NCBI GenBank assembly: GCA_964506925.1
Contig: CAZDNZ010000001.1
Span: 826 to 25,084 of the forward strand
From: an uncultured Pseudomonadales bacterium
Lineage (GTDB): Bacteria; Pseudomonadota; Alphaproteobacteria; UBA2136; JAPPOO01
Direction of reading: 5' to 3'
DNA length: 24,259 nucleotides
Numbering within the stretch: the stretch's first letter is position 1; each line of letters opens with the position of its first letter. The position numbers were made by a program, and so were the translations under genes. Positions 17,590 to 24,259 of the stretch are shown one piece after another. The notes beneath the pieces were generated by a model that was not told the origin of the DNA, did no database searches, and saw only the letters and a program-made list of their open reading frames with translations.

Positions 17590-17969
17590 CAGCTAATAAT
17601 CACCCTTATTCTGAGCTTTTTGCTATCGCCACCCTGGGCTACTGTAATTTGCAAATTTTCACCTGCCATCGGATAAAGCATCGTGGCATCTGCGGATGTT
17701 TCGCCTACTTTATAGGTGTCGATTGTTATGGCACGGCTTGTATCACTGTTGCTATTTGTTATAGTCTGAAGCGTTTCTTCCAATGTTTCTTTCAGACCTG
17801 TAGACGGGTTTTTAATCGAAGCGATGGATTTTATAGTTATATCTGTGCCAGAATCAGTATCAACATGTTCTATGGTAATTCGCGCCAACCAGCCGAACAC
17901 TTCGTTTACCGTAAATGTAGCATTGCCGCTAGCGTCTGTTGTCAGAACCTCACTATAATGTTGCATCAT
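17589..17969 (-). CDS. Hypothetical Thr/Ser-rich all-beta protein (126 aa), possibly virion structural
   Basis: ATGA-coupled to the double GT4 gene; alternating beta-strand pattern (LARITIEH, TDITIKS, NLQITVAQG, LRIRVIIS). Confidence 0.7.
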   Translation of the reverse strand: MMQHYSEVLTTDASGNATFTVNEVFGWLARITIEHVDTDSGTDITIKSIASIKNPSTGLKETLEETLQTITNSNSDTSRAITIDTYKVGETSADATMLYPMAGENLQITVAQGGDSKKLRIRVIIS

Positions 17970-20149
17970 TTCCCCTTAATATCCTCTATAAAGTCGATAT
18001 ACTGTTTTATCTCTTCACCTATTGAGAATCTTTTATCTATATCTTCTCTCGCAAACTTGCCCATAGATTCTCTTAGTGGTTTATCTTCGATTAGTTTGAT
18101 TATAGCACGAGCAACACTATTGGCGTTTTGTTCTACTACATAACCAGATTGCCCGTCTTTTACGACATGGGCATTGCCTCTGTTTTTCGTCACAACTGCT
18201 GGTATTTGATCTAGCATCCTTTCCCGAAGTCCCAAACAATACGCCTCGGTATTAGAGGTATTGACGTTAATATCCCAAATCCTTAGCAGTGGGTGGTATT
18301 GAGAAACGCTACCCATGAGTACAAAATATTCGCTTGCGTTTTTACTCTTTATAATACCCTTTAACTGCTTTGCGTAATTCGAGGTATCATCACCCGCGAC
18401 ATAGAAAACGACATCGGGGTATTTGCGATGTACTATTTCCGCAGCTTCCAAAAACAAATAGGTATTTTTTACAGGTCGAATATTACCTACTGTACCGACA
18501 AGTATTTTATCTTGGGGTATTCCCAATTCATCACGCAATTTGACCTTATTCGGCAATGAGGGCGTTTCGGTTCCGGTATGTATAACGCAAGTCGGTATGC
18601 CATATCTGGAAAATTGTTGAGATATGTAGTCAGCACTACCGATAAAGTAATCGGATTTCTGCAAACCCCTGAGTGACCTTCCTATCAACTTGCTGATTTC
18701 ACTACCCTGAAAGCTGACCACTTTATACTTATCTACCCTCAAATCCGCAATAAAGTCGCGACCCATAGACATAAGTGCGAATATAATATCGGGGTTGAAA
18801 GTATCTATTGCCTCTTGAACATCACGCACTCTTGTTTTCATCTGAGTAAAAATATTGTTCTTTCTTAAGGTATCCAATCCCCTTTCATTCCCCTCTACAT
18901 CTTGCAATACAATAGCTTGACAGTTATAGCCCAGTTCTGATAATCGAATCAATCTTCTTATCCAAGTTAACTCCGTACCGCCGACCTGGACAGAAGGGAA
19001 TAGAACAGTTATCTTTGTTTCCAAAACTGTAGAGAATAAGTTTTCCCATTCCTGATCCGATTGTTCGTTGCTGGTAAAATTAGGCAAATATTTATCCCTC
19101 AGATACAAGTTGCGATGCCAATCACGTTTGTTGATTATTTCATTGAGATTTTTTAAAAGGTGTTCGTTACCTAATTGGGTTATCGTAGTCATAGAAGGGG
19201 ATTTTTGTTTTATAATCCGATGTGGGTGAATATCGCTTAGTAGTTGAGGTATACCAAAAAATAGCGTTTCTAGCACAGCGTTAGGGAAGCCCTCGTGAAA
19301 CGACAATAAAATATGCAAGTCCAGTATCGACAATAGTGGTGATAGATGCCCTATTTCCCCCTGAAATTCTACATTTGGGGATGTAGTTATTTCTGCCAAA
19401 AAGCGATTGTAGTAGTCTCCTTCACCTAGTGTTTCACCCCAAAATATAAATTTTACATTGGGATGTGTTTTTTCTATACTCCTGGCGAAATGGATAATCT
19501 CAATCTGTCTCTTGCTAGACCTGATGTGAGCGTAGCAACCGATGACAAAATCCTCATCGCTAAAACCCATCTGCTCTCGGAATATGCGCCTTGTCTCTTT
19601 TAAGAGATTATAATCGGGAGGTGTCGGTCCCCCTTGCTCTATAACTCTAAAGACGCTTTTATCTATATTCGGGAATCTCGAAAATGTATCCAGTGCTCTC
19701 TGACTGTTACTCACAATTGCGTAGGCATAAGCATGGGCATGAGAGACAAACTTTTTGTTTTCTTCATTGGCGTTTGCAAAATCATGTTGTACTTCGCCTC
19801 CGTGATATACGATGAGTGGGGTACTTGTCTTTTGTGCCGCATAAGATGTGAAATAAGCCGAGTTCCATGACCTTGCAATTACAATATCGGGTTTGTAGTC
19901 CGCTATTTTCTTCTGTATTCTACTTATTAAATCGAATGCGGTTGCCATGTGATAATCACGTGGCTTCTCATTCCATACCTCGTAACCAGAAACATTCGGT
20001 ATATTTTCTATATACTTGAGAGTATTATCGTGCAGTTGACTCGTGACTAAAACATAAAAGTCATGATGTGACATCCTTCGCATTCGATTGAGCCATTGAA
20101 AAGACGCACCACCAGACATCATATTTTCAGAAACTAGCATGATCTTCAT
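17966..20149 (-). CDS. Tandem double GT4-family glycosyltransferase (727 aa)
   Basis: Two complete GT-B units: N-unit MKIMLV...GGA...RSSKRQ...EGFPNAVLE, and C-unit KITVLF...VGGTE...RPVKN...EAYCLGLRE...VVKDGQSGYVV. Both E-x7-E motifs are intact. Confidence 0.92.
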   Translation of the reverse strand: MKIMLVSENMMSGGASFQWLNRMRRMSHHDFYVLVTSQLHDNTLKYIENIPNVSGYEVWNEKPRDYHMATAFDLISRIQKKIADYKPDIVIARSWNSAYFTSYAAQKTSTPLIVYHGGEVQHDFANANEENKKFVSHAHAYAYAIVSNSQRALDTFSRFPNIDKSVFRVIEQGGPTPPDYNLLKETRRIFREQMGFSDEDFVIGCYAHIRSSKRQIEIIHFARSIEKTHPNVKFIFWGETLGEGDYYNRFLAEITTSPNVEFQGEIGHLSPLLSILDLHILLSFHEGFPNAVLETLFFGIPQLLSDIHPHRIIKQKSPSMTTITQLGNEHLLKNLNEIINKRDWHRNLYLRDKYLPNFTSNEQSDQEWENLFSTVLETKITVLFPSVQVGGTELTWIRRLIRLSELGYNCQAIVLQDVEGNERGLDTLRKNNIFTQMKTRVRDVQEAIDTFNPDIIFALMSMGRDFIADLRVDKYKVVSFQGSEISKLIGRSLRGLQKSDYFIGSADYISQQFSRYGIPTCVIHTGTETPSLPNKVKLRDELGIPQDKILVGTVGNIRPVKNTYLFLEAAEIVHRKYPDVVFYVAGDDTSNYAKQLKGIIKSKNASEYFVLMGSVSQYHPLLRIWDINVNTSNTEAYCLGLRERMLDQIPAVVTKNRGNAHVVKDGQSGYVVEQNANSVARAIIKLIEDKPLRESMGKFAREDIDKRFSIGEEIKQYIDFIEDIKGK

Positions 20150-20196
20150 GAATAGAGAACCTTAATCGACACATATACAGAACGACATCTAAATAT

Positions 20197-22044
20197 TTAT
20201 AACTTTATCTCGTCTTTCATCTCGCCATATGCTATTAAAAACGCCTCTTTTAGCTGCGGATTCTTACTCATCATCTGACGATAAATCGAGTTGACACGGC
20301 TTTTCGCAGCATCGCCACCCCATCCCATCCAAGCTACCCATGCCCGTTCTCTGTCTTTAAAATTAGGGCTGTTTTTAGATGTTGATGTATGACGGGCAAA
20401 CCAAGCACGCATTGTAATAACATCGTTCGGGCTTAAAGTCCCGCCTTTTGCTAGCTGTCTGGCACGTCTCATTCCTGTAGAAGTCATGCCTCTTTTAGAA
20501 CGGGGCAGTTCCTTATTTCTTTCAATTGCGCGTTTGGCATTGTTTGACATATCTTTGGTGATTGAAAAATCAATACCGTCATACATACCTTCGCTTATTT
20601 TATTCTCTATGGTAGGCAATTCACTAGCTGTATCACCCGACCTACCATTTCCTTCTAAATTAGGGTTGGGTTTTGTGACAATTTCAGATTGTGCCTTTTT
20701 GAATATCTCTTCGGGATCACTGATGCTTGGGTCTAGTTCTCTAGCGACCTTCAGGGCGGTAACACCATCTAAAATACCATAACGCAACAACATTCCCAAT
20801 TGCTGCAATCTTATCTTGCCGTTATCGGGGATAAGAGGAGGCCATACCAGATCAAAACTCTGAAGCTTTATTCCGCTATCATAGATCGCCATGTATTCCA
20901 TAACAATCCTGACAATCCTGCTTATCCAGCTTTTAGCCTCTAATCTTTGCTTTTCGCCCCATAATACAAAAGCTCTCATTTGTTCACTAGCGGTTCTGTC
21001 ACTGGACGACACGCTTATACCAAAGGCAAACTCAGGTATTTCTGTTGCGATAATCAATTCTCTATGTGTTAGATCAATAACCCTCTGAGTTTCTTCTACA
21101 AATGGACTTGGGGAGACCATATCCATTTCGGCATCACCAGCCAGAATCGTAATTTGTCCCGCGTGCCAATCGTATTCTTGGTATTCGACGCTGCTCCCGT
21201 CTTTTAGTTGTACGCTCCGCGTCGTTCCAAATCTTGTCAAAAAGTTATCTATTTCTTCAGCAGTGCCCATTTTTCGGAATACGGGGGTAGGTATAGCCAT
21301 GTTTCTGTGACCCACGAACGTATTCGTGTACGTCTCTTGTTTTTGCCTTAAAAGTGCCAGCATAGGTTCGGCATCTGATCTGCCGAATAGAGAATTACTA
21401 TCCCTATTCGCCGCTATATGTACGAACGGCATTTGTTGCGTGGCGTAAGGGTATCTTTCCCTATATTTCTTAGTGCTGTATTTTCGATAGCGAACCCGAC
21501 TTAGAAACTCGTCTGTTATTGTCTGTTGGTCAAATCCTGTATGCGAACGATACGTTATATGAACCTGCCAACCATCAATCTTAGAAAAATCATTCTTATT
21601 CGTCAACGGATGAACTACATCAGGCTGTATCGGGTGTATATTAGGATATTCTTCCTTATAACCAGGAGGGGAAATATGAGCGTACATATCACCTAATCTA
21701 CCAGCGAACTCCGATAAGTGGCCTATTTTATCGGCATTTAATTTCAACCATTCGGATAATCTCTCGCTGGTATATTGATCGTCGCATTCCACACGCGGGG
21801 TTATATTTGTAACAATAGCTCTCTTTTTGCTGGTTACGCTTTTCGGCAAAGGCCATACATAGCTGTACCCGTTCGCAACCCCTGAATATAACCTAGAGTA
21901 AAAAGCATAATCCGTTCTTCCAGGGTCTATGCTTACAGAACCCCAATCCGTATAAGCACTGAATTTGATAGAACGGTTTGTATCCAAAACCTCAGATACA
22001 GGCTTTGTTTTCTTTTTAAGGGGCTTTTTGTTTAGACTGGGCAT
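20197..22044 (-). CDS. Portal protein with a C-terminal fused accessory domain (615 aa)
   Basis: Position after TerL. Portal-like features include GRLGDMY, NSLFGRSDAEPML and IATEIPEFAFG. The extra ~130 aa carry an RxWFARH...AWMGWGGD motif. Confidence 0.85.
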   Translation of the reverse strand: MPSLNKKPLKKKTKPVSEVLDTNRSIKFSAYTDWGSVSIDPGRTDYAFYSRLYSGVANGYSYVWPLPKSVTSKKRAIVTNITPRVECDDQYTSERLSEWLKLNADKIGHLSEFAGRLGDMYAHISPPGYKEEYPNIHPIQPDVVHPLTNKNDFSKIDGWQVHITYRSHTGFDQQTITDEFLSRVRYRKYSTKKYRERYPYATQQMPFVHIAANRDSNSLFGRSDAEPMLALLRQKQETYTNTFVGHRNMAIPTPVFRKMGTAEEIDNFLTRFGTTRSVQLKDGSSVEYQEYDWHAGQITILAGDAEMDMVSPSPFVEETQRVIDLTHRELIIATEIPEFAFGISVSSSDRTASEQMRAFVLWGEKQRLEAKSWISRIVRIVMEYMAIYDSGIKLQSFDLVWPPLIPDNGKIRLQQLGMLLRYGILDGVTALKVARELDPSISDPEEIFKKAQSEIVTKPNPNLEGNGRSGDTASELPTIENKISEGMYDGIDFSITKDMSNNAKRAIERNKELPRSKRGMTSTGMRRARQLAKGGTLSPNDVITMRAWFARHTSTSKNSPNFKDRERAWVAWMGWGGDAAKSRVNSIYRQMMSKNPQLKEAFLIAYGEMKDEIKL

Positions 22045-22045
22045 A

Positions 22046-23647
22046 CTACCACTTGGTCCTTAACTGTATAATCTTTCGCTCCGAAGTAAGCTTTTTGTTT
22101 TTAAACATAAGATGGATGCACCCCCATACCAACGCATCGAGTATATCAGGCGATTTTCCTTTTCCGACATACGTGGTAAGTTGATCTTCTAGTCTAGGCA
22201 GAACACCCACATGATGAGCGCGACCTTGTTCATACAACATAGATGGTCTTTCAGCGCGAGTCGTTTTCCTTTGAGACGCGCTAACATCATGCACCCTGGG
22301 TATTTCGTCTAAAAATTCACGAGCAGAGTCCATAATAACTTTTATTGCCATATCGCCGCCTTGATTCGTCTCTACAACTATAGAATCGGCAGCGTGATCC
22401 TTGTATGCTTGAATAACCATCTGTCCCCACTTGGCAGGTGATCCGCGAACCGAATAATCCTCAATGACGTAAAAATGGTTATCCGATCCCCTTGCTGAAA
22501 CAATGATACCACACTCAGACGTTTCGTAATCCCTCACTGGTGGATCGACGCTTACTACAAGCTCTTCGATGGGGACGTTTATCTTTGACACACGTCCTTT
22601 TTCAATATCAGAGAGTTTCCATAAAGCCCCAGGGATTTCACTTAAAAGTTCCCCATAGATTTCTTGCCTGCCGACTGTTGTATCCGAATAAATATCTAAT
22701 ACGTTGTCTGCCCAATCTTTATCTAGGTTCCTAATATTGTCTAAAGTGGAACCTTTTGTGACAACTGTTTTGGGGTCCTCAATAACTTTACGAATTATTT
22801 CCCCTGGTCTAGGGGTTGTTGTCCATATACGATGGGGATATATGTACTTTCCATCATTGGCAAAATATTGCAGACGATTTCCGAGAACAGCCTGCGTATA
22901 AGTCAAAGTTGCGAATTTCCAAGCTGCCAACTCGTCGCCCCATAAAATAGTAGATTCAGGTCCTCTGAGTGAATCGGGTTTTTCGGCAGAATACATGAGG
23001 GCTATTGCCCCTGTACTTAGCCACTCCACACGGCTTTTAGAGGGATAATAAACAGCAGGGTTCCAGGGTGGCGAACAAGTTACAACGCCAGATTCGCCCA
23101 ATACCATTGTGTCTCTAGCGTCTTTAGCAGTTCGAGCAATAAGTGACATTCTAAGAGGGTTGCTTTTTCTACTACGCATGGCTTGCGAATTTATATACTC
23201 AGCACCCGTCTTGGTTTTCCCGAAACCGCGACCAGCCATAAGCAACCATGCTTTCCATTTTCCTTTGGGTGGGAGTTGTTCAGGTCGTGCGAATATGTTC
23301 CAGTTATATAATAATAGTTCTATTTCTTCAGCGCTGAATTTATCAATCATATCCGGTGTTACACGTTCTATGACTGATCGGGAACCACCCCCTGAACTTA
23401 TATCTCTTTTCAGATCACTTAAGGTTTTCTTTTTTCCTGGTCTGTTTTCGAGGCTAGGTTCCTGAACCTTTTCATCCAGTGAATCTAAATAATCATCGAG
23501 TGCCTTGTCTAAGTCTTTTCTATTGTCAGCCTGAATGATTAGTTTCTCTCTGAAATTACCATCTTCTTTTAGGTCCTCATATACAAATACGCCCCAATCA
23601 TCACCGACTTTCTTAACTGTATATTCTTCAAGAATGGGTTTCGGCAT
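22046..23647 (-). CDS. terL: Terminase large subunit (533 aa)
   Basis: FARPEQLPP, Walker A AGRGFGKT, Walker B LWGDE, coupling motif TTTPR, and nuclease motifs VSVDPP, ETNQGGD and SPDILDALVW. Confidence 0.96.
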   Translation of the reverse strand: MPKPILEEYTVKKVGDDWGVFVYEDLKEDGNFREKLIIQADNRKDLDKALDDYLDSLDEKVQEPSLENRPGKKKTLSDLKRDISSGGGSRSVIERVTPDMIDKFSAEEIELLLYNWNIFARPEQLPPKGKWKAWLLMAGRGFGKTKTGAEYINSQAMRSRKSNPLRMSLIARTAKDARDTMVLGESGVVTCSPPWNPAVYYPSKSRVEWLSTGAIALMYSAEKPDSLRGPESTILWGDELAAWKFATLTYTQAVLGNRLQYFANDGKYIYPHRIWTTTPRPGEIIRKVIEDPKTVVTKGSTLDNIRNLDKDWADNVLDIYSDTTVGRQEIYGELLSEIPGALWKLSDIEKGRVSKINVPIEELVVSVDPPVRDYETSECGIIVSARGSDNHFYVIEDYSVRGSPAKWGQMVIQAYKDHAADSIVVETNQGGDMAIKVIMDSAREFLDEIPRVHDVSASQRKTTRAERPSMLYEQGRAHHVGVLPRLEDQLTTYVGKGKSPDILDALVWGCIHLMFKNKKLTSERKIIQLRTKW

Positions 23648-24197
23648 CTTTATCCCCGTCTACTAATAGGGTAAACGGTTCATCAGACTCGTTGTTTTTC
23701 TCTACAAGTCGGAGAAGCCTTTCAGCCGCATCTTGCTGACGGGCTTTTATTTCCAGAACATTTTCCTGACGCTCATCTTCATGCACACTACCGTATTGAG
23801 CAAATATAGCGCCCCATTCGCGCATTTCCTTAGACCAAGCCGCCGTGCCTTCTGATAATACTTTTTCGTGGGAAATTTTTAACATTTCCCTGGAAAGTCC
23901 ATAAAGAAAAGCTGCGTTTTCCTCACCCTGTCGTCTATCATTACTCCATTCGGATCGGATGTAATCCATATCGTTCCGTATTGTCCCCAACGACCAATTT
24001 TCCCGATTGGGCTTTACGGAAAAATAAGGGTTACTTTTCTCTTTAGCTTTCATTTCTGGTTCAGGATGAAGAGGGTCGCTTATCATATCCAGTATGATCG
24101 CGGGTTTTGTATGTCCCATTAGCATCAGCTTCTCGACCTGAATACGACGATGCTCCTGCAACCTCTTCTCTTCTGATTTGCTTATTTTGTCAGTCAT
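23628..24197 (-). CDS. Probable terminase small subunit (189 aa)
   Basis: Immediately upstream of and overlapping terL. HTH-like N-terminal half (RRIQVEKLML...SLGTIRNDMDYIR), helical core and acidic C-terminus. Confidence 0.6.
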   Translation of the reverse strand: MTDKISKSEEKRLQEHRRIQVEKLMLMGHTKPAIILDMISDPLHPEPEMKAKEKSNPYFSVKPNRENWSLGTIRNDMDYIRSEWSNDRRQGEENAAFLYGLSREMLKISHEKVLSEGTAAWSKEMREWGAIFAQYGSVHEDERQENVLEIKARQQDAAERLLRLVEKNNESDEPFTLLVDGDKDAETHS

Positions 24198-24203
24198 GAA
24201 TCA

Positions 24204-24212
24204 ATTGTATCA
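24204..24212 (-). promoter_or_regulatory. Putative extended -10 element TGA-TACAAT, 6 nt before the TerS ATG
   Basis: Minus strand reads TG-A-TACAAT-TGATTC-ATG, the spacing expected for a leaderless transcript. Confidence 0.4.
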
Positions 24213-24259
24213 CCTAAACTACGTGAGGAAGGTGGTCGATTTAGCGAATGGTCATGCAC

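Larger units (their letters stand above)
1..24259 (-). mobile_element. Siphovirus-type phage/prophage head-and-tail morphogenesis module (incomplete at both ends)
   Basis: Canonical gene order terminase-portal-protease-cement-capsid-connectors-tail tube-chaperones-tape measure-Dit-tip-fibre. Genes are tightly coupled by TAATG/TGATG/ATGA overlaps. No sheath gene and no host housekeeping genes. Confidence 0.97.

Noticed and set aside
20158-20176. ATATGTGTCGATTAAGGTT before the double GT4 as a third copy of the promoter motif
   Set aside because: It needs an insertion and three mismatches including in the -10 hexamer, and AAGG may just be the RBS.
885-23465. About 40 short ORFs from the track that overlap the long genes (e.g. 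885-1115 +, 6353-6673 +, 13650-14111 +, 17649-18143 +, 23109-23465 +, 2206-2436 -, 14117-14359 -)
   Set aside because: They are antisense or out-of-frame shadows of long genes with clear motifs, and have no RBS, no motifs and non-protein-like composition.
22046-23647. Intein or intron in terminase or portal explaining their extra length
   Set aside because: No N-terminal Cys/Ser with C-terminal His-Asn splice motifs and no LAGLIDADG/HNH motif; the catalytic motifs are normally spaced and the extra length is terminal.
1-24259. Stop-codon reassignment, tRNA genes or host assignment
   Set aside because: All core genes are full length in the standard code with TAA, TAG and TGA all used as stops; intergenic gaps show no tRNA fold; and there is no sequence evidence here that fixes the host.

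Overview
The whole window is the virion-morphogenesis (late) region of a tailed dsDNA phage or prophage, almost all on the minus strand. Read right to left: probable small terminase, large terminase, portal (with a fused C-terminal accessory domain), a tandem double GT4 glycosyltransferase, two small unknown genes, an inverted two-gene cassette (pentapeptide-repeat protein plus an unknown), prohead protease/scaffold (with an inserted Tudor/SH3-like domain), capsid cement protein, major capsid protein, a second GT4 glycosyltransferase, head-tail joining proteins, tail tube, tail assembly chaperone pair, tape measure, distal tail protein, a 1204-aa tail tip, and a >555-aa tail fibre-like gene that runs off the left edge and is missing from the ORF track. 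A long tape measure and no sheath gene indicate a siphovirus-type tail. No host genes, integrase, lysis genes, tRNA or CRISPR array are visible, so prophage versus free phage and the host cannot be determined. The strongest candidates for new biology are (i) three apparently intact GT4 catalytic modules embedded in the head genes, suggesting virion glycosylation, and (ii) accessory domains fused into portal and protease and bounded by the same [IL]-x-E-[AG] motif found at the capsid pro-peptide junction, suggesting protease-released internal head cargo. Also notable are a probable non-canonical +1/-2 chaperone frameshift and a repeated 18-nt internal promoter motif. All product calls rest on motifs recognised by eye plus gene order; no database search was run.
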